A DNA stretch of 63,054 nucleotides, filler included, from Octopus bimaculoides (GCF_001194135.2; 8 parts of 7 records of this genome joined end to end with filler, not necessarily neighbours in it); one strand, 5' to 3'; positions 26,295-37,960 are shown, counted from the whole stretch's first letter. Translations and numbers: made by a program. The notes: a model not told the origin generated them from the sequence alone.

Positions 26295-27350
26295 AGGTTT
26301 AGGTGCGATGCAGATTTACCGCAGTACACTGTGAACACTGAATATTAAATGAGCGCTTCTAAAGTTTGCAGTTCAGAGTTCAAATTATTCCGTCGTTATA
26401 TCACGAGGAAGAAATACTTCAGGATGACTTTCGTTGGTGTTTCATGCGGAGTAGGGGTGGGGGAGGGGATATTTGCCAACGTGACTTCCCTCGGCATCTC
26501 ATGGAGAAGAACGCTCTTGGATGACTTCTCTTAGAATATATCAAAGAGAAGAATGTCGACCAGGCTGACTTGCACAACAAATTGTCTTTGGCTTTCTTTT
26601 CTTTGTTAGCGCCTTCGTACCGCTAAACATGGTTGTTTTCATTCGTTTTAGCACCCGTTCCTTGTACATAAACCCCACCCAGTTCCTATCCATCAGGTTT
26701 TTCTGCAATTGTAAGGTTGTAGTGTTAGAGTTTTGTTCTTTTGCCAAAATATATGGAGAAATACATTGCAAATAAGAAGTGTCGATTATTGTTTTAGTGG
26801 TGGGGGGAATCCCCAGCAATTTGTACAATATATCTTAGATAGGAATGAAACTTCAAAATCAGCTGCTTCATTTGGTGCCAGCTCATTTGTTAATCCATAA
26901 TTCTATAATTCTATTAATCCATAATTAATAGATTCTTAATTACCAAAGACTGCAATATTTGTAATATCTGAACCCCTTTCTAAAAATTCCTTTATTCTTT
27001 TGAAAAAAAAAATCGTTAATAAATTATTGGGGGACGTAACTAAATGTTGAAAGACATTTAGTCCGGGATTTTTTGTACAGAGACCAAGAAGCGTGAAGCA
27101 ACGTAGGATGTTGCTGTTTTTATTTTTTTTCTTGAAGAATTAAGGTGTAAGGAAGTAAAGAGATTGTAAGCAGAGAAAAAAAAAAAGAAAAAAAAAACAA
27201 AAAGGAAATCCGGTGCAGATTGTGACTCCATTATTATCAGTTTAAATAAATCATGATACAATGGGCCTACATGTATGTATGTATGTATGTATGTATGTAT
27301 GTATGTATGTATGTATGTATGTGTGTATGTATGTATTTATCCAAACTGAG

Positions 27351-27511
27351 GGAGTGGAACAGGTAAAATGTACGCTACATATGTTTCTTAACTAGCTGAA
27401 ACTGATGATGCAATTGTTCAGAGTTGTTAAGAGTTCATTGCATAACTATTCCAGCGTGAGATTCAGCTAGTTAAGAAACATATGTAGCGCACACTTAACC
27501 TGCTCCATTCC
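27351..27511. repeat. Fold-back element with 50-bp arms (MITE-like)
   Basis: 27351-27400 and 27462-27511 are reverse complements; the core CGCTACATATGTTTCTTAACTAGCTGAA (28 bp) is perfect. Confidence 0.85.
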
Positions 27512-28212
27512 CGCCATTTAGAGTTTTAGTCGCATTTTTAGCAGCATTTGTTGCTAACAGTGAGCTTTATAGGAATTATCAGCTTATCGAATTTCTTCCC
27601 AACTTCGATGAGAGAAAAAGTGTGTAACTCGCGATATTAATAAATTGTTCTTGTATCTTTTCGTATTCTCTCCACTTTTTGATCTCTATACCAGCCGCTT
27701 ACTGCTTGAAACTTACAAACTTCTTACACTCGGATCCCCGGGTTACACACACACACACACACACACGCACATGAAGACTGAGGAAACGGAATATCAATGA
27801 ATTGGCCTCAAATTGGCGAATGGTATCGATTCGTTTCCTTGCCACAACTGTTAGCAGTAATAAACTCTATTGTAAAACCTTGCTCCCTCTCTGATGAAAA
27901 ACAGTTCCAACAAGTTATGGATTTGCTCTTTCCACGAAGATTACTTTCAAAAGAAACATATTATTATTTCTACTGTTACTACTACTCCTTCTCCCACTAC
28001 AGCTACCAGTTGTTTACAAACACCTCAACTAACGCAGAAACAGTAAATCGATAAGAAGCAAGACTAAATTGATGAGGGTAGCAGCAAGAGAGAGAGAGAG
28101 GTAGAGAGAGAGGGAGAAGAGGAAAGGAAACTGAAGGAATCCTCCCAATTTAGTTTTTCAGTGTTTCTTTACAATTTTTTGTCTGTTGTTTCCAAATTGA
28201 AAATCAGTAATT

Positions 28213-28583
28213 TCATAAAGATGTCGGCATATGACCCCACGATGATCTGCCTGTTGTGTCGCGGCCAGGAAATGATCCACTCATATCACAAGTCGATTCG
28301 TATGATGGTTGTACAGTGTTCATAGCCGTGGTTTGCACATTCGGAACGGAAGTAGATGTCGACGGAAGTGTGTAAGGATTAGAGGAAGTTCGCAGATAAG
28401 GCATAGCACAGCTTTGGTTGGAAGAAATATTGCTCATTGGGCCTCCAACCCACATACTATACTGTCCTTGTGTGGCAGAAGCATTAGTGGAGAGCATGCT
28501 GTGGCCACTGGTTGGAAGATGGGGCCAGTTCTCTGGAAGATTCAACATAGGGAGGTTTGATGTGACATCTCTCGAGTAACCGC
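28213..28583 (-). CDS. Bra: Terminal coding exon of a Brachyury (T) gene
   Basis: Polypyrimidine tract + TTTAG acceptor (phase 1) at 28584-28585, then GYSRDVTSNLPMLNLPENWPHLPTSGHSMLSTNASATQGQYSMWVGG...MPYLRTS...GRSSWGHMPTSL*. Aligns by eye to vertebrate T C-terminus YSDNSPACLSMLQSHDNWSSLGMPAHPSML..NAS..SQYPSLW..FFRGS..SWTPVSPPSM (recalled from memory), with a matching exon boundary. T-box exons not seen. Confidence 0.75.
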
Positions 28584-28688
28584 CTAAATAGACAAACAAA
28601 AGGAAAAAAAAACTAAATAAAATAATAAACCAACAGCAACAAAAATAAAATTAGAAAAATTTCTCATGTTAAAATCTGTTATCTGTTA

Positions 28689-29075
28689 TTTCTTTCAGGG
28701 ATTTGAGTGCGGCCATGCTGGGGCACTGCCTTGAAGAAATTTTAGCCGGATGTATCGACCCCGGTACTTATTTCTTTCTTTTACCAAGTCTGATATTTGT
28801 AGTATTGGGCCCCTATTAACGAACCGCTAGGTTACGGGGAAGAAAACACACCAACACCGTCGTCAGGCGGTGGTGGGGGACAAGCACAGACACAAAGACA
28901 CGCATATACATACACTTATACGACAGGATTCTTTCAGTTTCCGTCTACGAAATCTACTCAGGATGCTTTGCTTGTCCTGGGGCTATGGAAGATATTTGTC
29001 CAAGGAGCCACGAAGTGAGATTGAACCCAGAACCATATGGTTGGGAAGCAAGCTTTTGGACTCCACAGACACGCC
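28689..29075 (-). mobile_element. tRNA-derived SINE family B
   Basis: Reverse complement of 45225-45609 type sequence (AAGCTTGCTTCCCAACCATATGGTTCTGGGTTCAATC...CAGCATGGCCGCA). Confidence 0.85.
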
Positions 29076-29107
29076 AAAATTTTATTGAAATTTAAAATAT
29101 TTGTGCT

Positions 29108-29157
<50 letters not shown>

Positions 29158-29292
29158 TTTTAGGAGTTATTTGTGTGCGCTTGTTTGCCTGTACGTGTGT
29201 ATTTGCGTGAGAGTGCGTGTGATTGCATGTGTGCTTAAGTATACATACATACATACATACTACATACATACATACATACATACAAATAGATT

Positions 29293-29344
<52 letters not shown>

Positions 29345-30224
29345 TACATATATATTTATACATGTATATACATATATACGTTTGTACGTACACGTGTGTA
29401 TATGCGTTTGTGAGAGAAGGAGAGAAAGCAAAACAGTGAAAGAGAGAGAGAAAGAAAAATTAAGAGAGAGAGAGAGAGAGAGAGCGACAGACAGACTAAA
29501 GGGGAGATGTGTGTTTTTGTTGTTTTATGGTGAGATGAAAGCAAAATAGGATCGGGTTAAGTAAAAAGCATCAAAAAGGGTGAATGAAAGAAATGGATGA
29601 ATGGAGAAGGAAGACCTCCCACGCTTCAACAGGGTCGGCCGATTTCTTCAAATATTTTACTGTGGCTCCGCTGCGACACATACACACACGCACCACCACC
29701 ACCACCACCACCACCGCTACCGCCCTCATCACCGCCGCCGCCGCCACCACCCAGTCACTAACAAGTGAGCACGAACATACACACCGACCAGTTACAGACA
29801 GGTAAATGCGTACACACACACACACACTCACTCACACATACACATACACAGCAGTCAGTTACAAACATACACACGCGCGCTCACACACATACACACACCA
29901 GCCAGTTACAGATAATTATACACAAATTTACAGGTACAAAGCTACCCACACAGGCACATTTGTATCAACAGGTACCCTATATTGAGACAAATATACTTGG
30001 CGAGAGAGAGAGAGAGAGAGAGAGAGGACAGAGACAAACGGATACGCACGCGCACGCACACACACATACGCACTCGCGAGCGCTGACAGATAATACCCAT
30101 TATGTGTGTAGATACAGACTACCTCACATCAATTTACAGAACCAAGCAAAAGTGTATGAGAAGGAATGTGTATGTGTGTGTGTGGGGGCGGGGGGACTGT
30201 GCGTTTCTAGCTGTGCGTCTCTAG

Positions 30225-30564
30225 CTGCCGAAGTTGAACGAATTGGGCTACGAAACTCTACCTCATCTGCCATACTCACCAGACCCCTCGCCTACCGACT
30301 AGCACTTTTACAAGCGTCTTGACAACTTCCTGTGTGAGAAATGCTTCAAAGACCAAGACGATGCCAAACACGTCTCCAACGACTCCATCGCCACCAGAAT
30401 GCAGGGTTTTTATGCTACTGGCATAAATAAGCTTGTTTCGCGTTGGTAAAAGTGTGTTGATTCTGATGGTGTTTATTTCGATTAATAGAGTTTTGTTTGA
30501 GCCGAGATATACGCATCTGAATTTAAAGGTTAAAAACCGCAAGAACTTTCTTGACAACCTAATA
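30225..30564 (+). mobile_element. Mariner transposon 3' fragment with right TIR and TA
   Basis: KLNELGYETLPHLPYSPDPSPTD*HFYKRLDNFL..FYATGINKLVSRW*KCVDSDGVYFD* (YSPDL motif); TIR AAAACCGCAAGAACTTTCTTGACAACCTAA + TA, Hsmar1-like. Confidence 0.92.
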
Positions 30565-30739
30565 TATATCCACACCGAAGACGGATCCAGATTTACAGTA
30601 ATGTTTATGTGAATCCACTGCTGTTGCATGTTCTTGACTTTTTTTTGCACGCTACATCTGCCAACATTACAACTATTAGGTAATTCCGACCCCCAGAAAC
30701 GGCTGTCGGACCTGAAATACCATGCCCTTTCCCTTTAAT

Positions 30740-31128
30740 ATTCTGTTTCTTTGGTACTGCGTGTAATCATTTATAATTTATTTATAGAACACGGAGTAAA
30801 GACAAGAACATGATATACATTGGTGAGGCGTCTAGAAGCATTGCGGAGAGACTAAATGGACATCTGAGACAATATGACGACAAAAAACCAGTCCTCCATA
30901 CTCTACCAACATGCCAAAGACCAACATGGAAGCACACTGGGTCGACTTGCCATTCGCATTTTATCCAAGCACCCAAAGGACCCATCACTCAGACAAATAC
31001 ATGAGTACGTCCTCATAAATGAAACATCCCCAATACTAAATAGGAGATATACGTAGAAGGTAGTGATACCCCAATACCCACAGTTTATACATACACAGGT
31101 AGATTTGTTAGTAGGCTGTTATGTAGGC

Positions 31129-31168
<40 letters not shown>

Positions 31169-31310
31169 CTCGGTCATAATGTCTTACGTTTAAAATGATT
31201 TCCATACATTTCCCTGAGGAGAAGTTTACATTTTTAACATCGCAGATTCCTATGGATCGCATAAATTGTAATTCTTCGAAACATATGTCGGAATAAAGTA
31301 TGCAGTTATA
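30740..31310 (+). mobile_element. Penelope-like element 3' fragment (GIY-YIG and terminal region)
   Basis: IYIGEASRSIAERLNGHL / QSSILYQHAKDQHG..IRILSKHPKDPSLRQIHEYVLINETSPILNRR, followed by a hammerhead motif and AATAAA. Confidence 0.8.
31209..31293 (+). ncRNA. Type I hammerhead ribozyme with intact core
   Basis: TTCC-CTGAGGA-GAAG...CTTC-GAA-AC-atat-GT-C-GGAA: all core positions canonical, GUC cleavage triplet at 31287-31289, palindromic stem III ACATATGT. Confidence 0.75.
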
Positions 31311-31436
31311 ACATGCGTTTTCTCCATTCCTTAAATTNNNNNNNNNNNNNNNNNNNNNNNNNNNNNNNNNNNNNNNNNNNNTTAATTAATTAANNNNNNN
31401 NNNNNNNNNNNNNNNNNNNNNNNNNNNNNNNNNNNN

Positions 31437-31780
31437 NAGTCATTGTATTGGATTCCTTGCTGAATGTTGTCAATGGTGTCTGCTGGCTATTTAGTGATGT
31501 TTTTAACACAACTTGTTTTACTGTAGTTCTGATTTAGGTGGTTAATCATGTGAAAAGTTTTTGTGATTTGGTTCATAGTGGTGTTTCAAGTTTCGCTCTT
31601 TGTAATGACTAAGAGACCTTTGGCAGATAAGGCATAAAGGTTTACCTTCCTCAATGGTGAATGCAAATTCCCCCCGCTCACTCTGTTTTCATCTTCATAT
31701 TTTTATTTCTTACAATTTGTTACATTCTACCTTCACAGATTTTTCACCAATACTTGTAAATAAAAATTGTATCCAATGGC
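31437..31780 (-). mobile_element. hAT (SPIN/Charlie/GTF2IRD2-like) transposase N-terminal fragment
   Basis: EFAFTIEEGKPLCLICQRSLSHYKERNLKHHYEPNHKNF..KTSLNSQQ (BED-type zinc finger region). Confidence 0.75.
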
Positions 31781-32504
31781 TACCAACTAGTTATCTACAG
31801 TTGAATGGCTTATATTACATTGCATTAATATATGTGACAAGAGTGCAGTTGGGGCGAGACTCATAAAACCATCTGTGGCCACTCTCAATGTCCCCACCAC
31901 CTCCAAATGTTTGATCCTATCTATTTACAAACTTGATTTTCTGATATTCTGTAACCCTTGCTAATCTTGAATTTTTTACCCCACTCGGATCTAGCATTAT
32001 TGGTTTACAATTGTTTCTGTTGCTCATTGCTATATTAAGGGAGGGGAAATTCATCATGTAGTAATATAATACATAAATATTGAGTTAATAAATGGTATAT
32101 CATTCTAAGCCTTATAAAGAGAAATGTACCAAGTAATGAAAGATAAAGAAGAGACATCAAATAGATTTTTCCCATTTGTTATCACTTTGAAGTATGTGTG
32201 AAACATGGTAGCGTGTTTCGAAAGAGTTGAAAATAACATTCCACATACAAATGACATATCCTTATATATTTTCTATGCATCTCCCTTGTTGCAAGTTGAG
32301 TGGGAAACTTGATGAGGAAGTCTGAGAACAGAACTAAAATAGAAGGGGCAGAAAATTAAAAAAATATGACAAGTTTATATTTGGGTTTATTTGAAATAGG
32401 GACTGTCATTTCCCTTTCAGGCAAAAGTAAAGAGTTATTCTTTAATTTTTATATTAACTGTGATAAAAATAGTTAATAATAATAAAGCTAAATTCAAAAT
32501 AATT

Positions 32505-32625
32505 TGTGGCATTTCTTCCGGCTTTACTTTCTGAGTTCAAATAATTACCATGGGCGCACTGCAGTCGATGTAATCGACCAAGTTCTTCTCTTCCTCGAAA
32601 GCTGACGCCTTGTGAATATAATGGA
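32505..32625 (+). mobile_element. Internally deleted SINE family A
   Basis: TTCTGAGTTCAAAT...CACTGCAGTCGATGTAATCGAC...GCCTTGTG. Confidence 0.55.
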
Positions 32626-33779
32626 AAGGGTTATCTGTTTATTCATTTATTAATATGAAGACCCAAGTTTCGAACCCACACAAACGCATTTCATTCAGCC
32701 CAGACATCACTCAAACTCTATCCTAATACCGCCAAAGCTATTCTGAAACATTGCTTGCAGATGGAACCATCCACAGAAATTACCTATAATCTTTATATTT
32801 GTGAAACAATGTATATTTTAAAATCGCGATTGGTTTTCGATTTTAGGTAAGAACAATGCCTCTCCCACCACGTTTCTTTCTACCACAAATTTGGATAATT
32901 TATGACAATAAATGAAAATATTAATTAACATTGTTATCATCGGTGAATCCCTGATTCTACATTATATTTATGTGGCCACTACTGTTGAGAAGTACATAAA
33001 GAACACTACCGAAGACTTTTCTAGCCAATATAAATGTAGTAGTGTTGAAGTATATATACTTTTAGTTAGAAATTAATTAGTTATTGATATAATCACCCTA
33101 CCAGGATACAACAAAATCTATATCGGAACACGATTTCACATCGAGAATCTTGCAAATCAAATACGAAAGCGAATCAATGTATTTGCATTTAACCTTCAAT
33201 CTGACTGATAAAAGTGTTATGTATGTCGAAGATTTAAAAAAAAATTAAAAGTAAGAAGTTTGTGTAAATGAACTCGGCCAATATCTGTGGAAAATTATAC
33301 AAGTGAACTCGCCTAATAACTTACATAAATAGAAAGCTTTTTCTGTTCAGAGAAGTAAAACAGCTTAAAAGGAAAATGCGCCATGTAACATCTATGGTCG
33401 TTTTCCTCAAAGAAAAGTATATCGCTATTGTTTTCGCGGCAGCCAATTTGTTGAGATTAAAGTCTTCTGACGGATTTTACACATGTTTGCGAGTACTTAT
33501 GAACTTTCTACAAGAATTACATCCTCTGGTCGGATTTAAGTATGTTTCCAAGTATTGTTGTTAGAGTTTCCTCTGTAATGATATCCACTGAAAGCAAATT
33601 AAAACCAAAAAAGGTGACAAAGCGCAATGAGAGAAGAGAAGACCTCTTGAAAATGGGGAACTTTATACACACTGCTTCTTTTTAACCCGGAAACTAACCC
33701 CCTTTCCTAAGGGATTCCGAAAGTATTTATGATGGATGACAGAATGAACAGGAAAGAAACTGGAACGTTGGCATCACTG

Positions 33780-34341
33780 TAGATAAGTGCACTTAATCCT
33801 GCATGTGTTCATCTGTGAGTCCATGATAAAGATTGTACCACCTTTCTCTTTCACCAAAGAAAAGAAGGTAGTTTTCCTCTGCATAGTAACCATACTGAAA
33901 GATGTGGTATGGAAGACGCGACTGAAAGGGATCGCGACAGGCCAATTCATCTCAGGACGTGGGCTGGTGAACTACTTCGTCATCCACCTTTCCAGGAAGA
34001 TCCGTCTGGAGAGAAGAAGACTGCCGCAAAGAGTATTCGGGGAAAGATGGACGAATGTCGTAAGAAAGTTGAGTAATGCAAGGCGCTGTGCTCGCACGGT
34101 CGGACCATGCGTAAGGGAACGAAAAGAATTACGGAAAAGGAAATCAACCGGCGTTGTTAATCCAAAAACCCGAACATAACAGTGACATTAATTTCATTTA
34201 TAATTTTAAATCATCTATCTTCATTTATTTATATAAACTCATACGTTTCTGATTTATGTAACGAGTACGTCTGACCTTATATGTTCCTTGTCTGTCCTTG
34301 TTTGTCCCCTCTATGTATCCCTTTTTATAAGGGAAATAAAG
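33780..34341 (+). mobile_element. L1/Tx1-clade LINE ORF2 C-terminus and 3'UTR
   Basis: ESMIKIVPPFSFTKEKKVVFLCIVTILKDVVWKTRLKG...LVNYFVIHLSRKIRLERRRL...ERWTNVVR; 3'UTR ends CCCTTTTTATAAGGGAAATAAAG, similar to the tail at 46433-46480. Confidence 0.6.
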
Positions 34342-34899
34342 GAAAACTGCAGGTGTTCATCTGTTACAACATTGAAAATTACTTTTCTGGAATACCAACA
34401 TTTGTTTTAAACTCTGTTCATTTCTTTTTATGTCAACAACCCAATATATTTTTAAAAATTGGTTGTTGACCTCCGCCGATATATATTTGCAAAGAGTTGC
34501 ATGTATCTCTCGAGTTGTGTCTTACCTAACCTTCTCACATAGCAAGAATATTAAATAGATTTCAATAGATTACGTATAAATTTCATATAACATCCATTAC
34601 ATATTATATAACTTTTCTAAGTGTTTAAATATATAATAATGTTTTGTTTTACGTAGACTTTTAATGGAAAATATATATCCTTAATCTTTCAGTAATTCAT
34701 TTGAAATAAATTCTTTAGCCATGACTTTTTTTTCTATCTATTACATGTATTGGAGTTAATGAAATAAAGCGCCGGATTTTTTTTTTCTTCCAGTTTTGTT
34801 CTTTTATGTCTTACATTATTTGTGTTTAAGATTGGAATGCTTACTTATTTCGACTCTTCGACATTGATAAAAATAATATCAGGATACACCACGGCCAAT

Positions 34900-35290
34900 A
34901 ACACCATGGATCCCAGGGTGACGGCATACACACCAAAATAATGTATTCATGATGGATAATACAATGAAGAGGGAGAAAGCTGGGATCGATTTTTCATCGG
35001 TGCAATAATTGCTGCATTATTTTTTGATCACCATCTCTGGAAACACAAGTTTATTCAATGGAACATCAGCATTCATTTAGACTCTGAGTTCGTTTTATGT
35101 CAGTACCACGAGTTGTTTTACTTAATTCTGCCAAATGCAACATTTCTTCTTTCACAATTACCTCAAATCCACTGGTTCTGGATTGTCATGTTTTTCAGTT
35201 GATTTGTCAGCAGTATCTGCTGGCTATTTATCAATGTATTTACCACAACTTGTTTTTATTTTTAAGTGGTTAATTACGCGGCATTTTAAA
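34900..35290 (-). mobile_element. Internally deleted hAT transposase fragment
   Basis: EEMLHLAELSKTTRGTDIK...PSFLPLHCIIHHE; 35214-35285 is homologous to 31478-31550. Confidence 0.7.
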
Positions 35291-35929
35291 ATTTTAATTC
35301 CCCACCCCAAGGTCTTCACAAGCACAGCATATTGCCCGATGATGGAAGGATACTTTTAAACGTGTCAGTTATGCAACACTGGCGTTGGCCACGGATACGA
35401 TCTCAAATAGCTAGCTGGCTCTTCTCAAGCACAGCATATCTCCAAAGGTCTCGGTGGGTTAAAGAGAAATGTACCAAGTAATGAAAGATAAAGAAGAGAC
35501 ATCAAATAGATTTTTCTCGTTTGTCTCACTTTGAAGTATGGTAGCGTGTTTCGAAAGAGTTGAGAATAACATTCCACATACAAATGACATATCCTTATAT
35601 ATTTTCTATACATCTCCCTTGTTGCAAGTTGAGTGGGGAAACTTGATGAGGAAGTCTGAGAACAGAACTAAAATAGAAGGGGCAGAAAATAAAAAAATTA
35701 TTATAAGTTTATATTTTGGTTTATTTGAAATAGGGACTGTCATTTCCACTTCTGGCAAAAGTAAGAAGTGCCGTTCTCACAGTACTCGCTTGTGTCAACT
35801 TTTACCCGATAAATAATAAAGCTTGGGTTTTTCTCCTTTCTTAATTTTTATATTAACTGATTTAAAAAAAAAAAGGTGTTTCAGCCAACATATTTCCGCA
35901 TCTTTTCTTTCATAACTAGTTTCAAATTT

Positions 35930-36132
35930 TGACACAAGGCCAGCAAATTCGGGGGAAGAGGATACATTGATTACATTGACTTCAATTTTCAACTGGTACT
36001 TATTTTATCGACCCTGAATGGATGAACAGCAAAGTTAACTTCAGCAGAATTTGAACTCCAACTTAAAGAGAGATGAAATGATGCTAAGCATTTTGTCCGC
36101 TGTGCCAACAGCTCTGTCAGCTAACTGCCTTC
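35930..36132 (-). mobile_element. SINE family A
   Basis: CAACTGGTACTTATTTTATCGACCC..GAATTTGAACTC..GCTAAGCATTT. Confidence 0.75.
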
Positions 36133-36346
36133 AAGCCTTATATATTAACAGTCAAAGAACTACACATTAACTTAAGGTGCCATATATGATTTGAGATCCA
36201 TAGTTTGGTCACCGTGACAAAGTATTGTATAAGTTTATGCTGATTGGAGTTTAGCTTAATGGCTTAATCAACCAGTTCAGTAAACTGTTAGGCAAAACAT
36301 GAAGTCCCAGTCAACATGAATTTTACAATAAAGTCCTGTTACTCCC

Positions 36347-36425
36347 AAGGGCCCGGGAACAGGGGGTGCACCGGCACCCCCTAGAATTTTCAGGGGGTGC
36401 AAGATCAAAATTTGCACCCCCTACA
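36347..36425. mobile_element. GC-rich DNA-transposon terminus (hAT-like)
   Basis: GGGCCCGGGAACAGGGGGTGCA with repeated GGGGTGCA/TGCACCCC subterminal motifs. Confidence 0.4.
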
Positions 36426-36842
36426 TAATCTTACCAGTTGCAGAAAAAAAGTGTCTAAAATCTATCGGTATAAAATGCTGAAGTTCGATCTCGTTTCAAA
36501 ACAAAGAAAAAAAATAAATATATAAATAAATAAAAATGATGAAGCTAGCATAAAATTCCCTAGGGAGTTCTGAAGGCAAGTAGCGTCAAAATACAAAAAC
36601 GTAAGTGACAATAACAACAGTAGCAACAACAATAACAACAACAAAACCAGCATGTATGGTTAATTTTGAATATATAGCATTACTTGAATTATTGAAGACA
36701 GCTCCCACGCCTGTCAATACTTCTCTCCATCTTTTAGTACCNNNNNNNNNNNNNNNNNNNNNNNNNNNNNNNNNNNNNNNNNNNNTTAATTAATTAANNN
36801 NNNNNNNNNNNNNNNNNNNNNNNNNNNNNNNNNNNNNNNNNT

Positions 36843-36998
36843 GATATCTGTGGTAATTCATTCTCTCGAAGTCATCGCTTGACTGAACACATACGTACTC
36901 ATACAGGAGAGAAACCATATCACTGTGATATCTGTGGTAAATCATTCTCTTATAAAGTTACCTTGAATAGACACAAATGTTTCCATACAGAAAAGTAA
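36843..36998 (+). CDS. 3' end of a tandem C2H2 zinc-finger gene (rest lost in gap)
   Basis: [51 protein letters not shown]; canonical TGEKPY linker; begins at the contig edge. Confidence 0.85.
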   Translation, partial: DICGNSFSRSHRLTEHIRTHTGEKPYHCDICGKSFSYKVTLNRHKCFHTEK

Positions 36999-37259
36999 CT
37001 GTATCAATGACAAAATATTGTTTGCAGTAAATAAAGTTCCCCAGGTTTGTCATTTAAATTGCTTTTGTTTTTTTCTCTTTGGTAGCAATATCAGGAATGC
37101 AGATATTGAATTGTGTCCTATGATGGCTCACAGAGTGAACCTCCAACTGTTACAAACAATTTTTCTCTTGTTTTTTTTTTTTATCATTTATGTCAGTGTA
37201 TTTGGCAGAAAATTCTGTTGAGTGGATTGTCAGCGAGAAAAACTTTAATGTAAAATGAC

Positions 37260-37350
37260 AGTATTGGTTGGGCTGGGGCTATGAAAGAAGATACTTACCC
37301 AAAGTACCATACAGTGGCACTGAACTTGAAAATACTTGGCTGCAAAACAA
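37260..37350 (-). mobile_element. SINE family B 5' fragment
   Basis: Reverse complement GGCTGTGTGGTTGAGAAGTTTG..AGTTCAGTGCCACTG..CTTTGGGTAAGT. Confidence 0.6.
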
Positions 37351-37354
37351 ACTT

Positions 37355-37960
37355 CTCAACCACACAGCCTTGTCTATGCTTATAATTTGATACTTATTCT
37401 GTTAGTTCTTTTGCTGCATATAATTCCTATTATGCCTAACTTTCATCTAGTGCTCCACTGCACATGTATGCTGACATTGGACATCCAGCTGAGCATACCA
37501 GCATAATTTCTCTCTACTTAGTCTTCACATGTGTAGAGGTGCAATGGCCCAGTGGTTAGGGCAGCGGACTCGCGGTCATAGGATCGCGGTTTCGATTCCC
37601 AGACCAGGCATTGTGAGTGTTTACTGAGCGAAAACACCTAAGGCTCCGGCAGGGGATGGTGGCGAACCCTGCTGTAATCTTCCACCACAACTTTCTCTCA
37701 CTCTTACTTCCTGTTTCTGTTGTGCCTGTAATTCAAAGGGTCAGCCTTGTCACACTGTGTCACGCTGAATATCCCCGAGAACTACGTTAAGGGTACACGT
37801 GCCTGTGGAGTGCTCAGCCACTTGCACGTTAATTTCACGAGCAGGCTGTTCCATTGATCGGATCAACTAGAACCCTCGACGGAGTGCCAACAACAACAAC
37901 AGTCTTCACATGCTCTCTACATTCAAGTCCTACATTTCACTACCATGTAGCATCACAGTT
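37355..37960 (-). mobile_element. Degenerate RTE ORF2 fragment split by a SINE insertion
   Basis: VMLHGSEM*DLNVESM*RL.. continues across the SINE at 37532-37900 once one TSD copy is removed. Confidence 0.55.
37532..37900 (+). mobile_element. Full-length tRNA-derived SINE family D with 12-bp TSD
   Basis: A box TGGCCCAGTGG, B box GGTTTCGATTCC, tail GGAGTGC(CAA)4; TSD AGTCTTCACATG at 37520-37531 and 37901-37912. Confidence 0.92.

Larger units (their letters stand above)
32116..35764 (+). repeat. About 310-bp direct repeat pair (32116-32430 and 35461-35764)
   Basis: High identity by eye; each copy lies to the right of a homologous hAT fragment. Confidence 0.9.

Noticed and set aside
29584-30322. 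GC-richer ORFs upstream of the Bra-like exon as its penultimate exon
   Set aside because: No R.HR..PYP motif in any minus frame; composed of CAC/CA/GA repeats and the mariner fragment.
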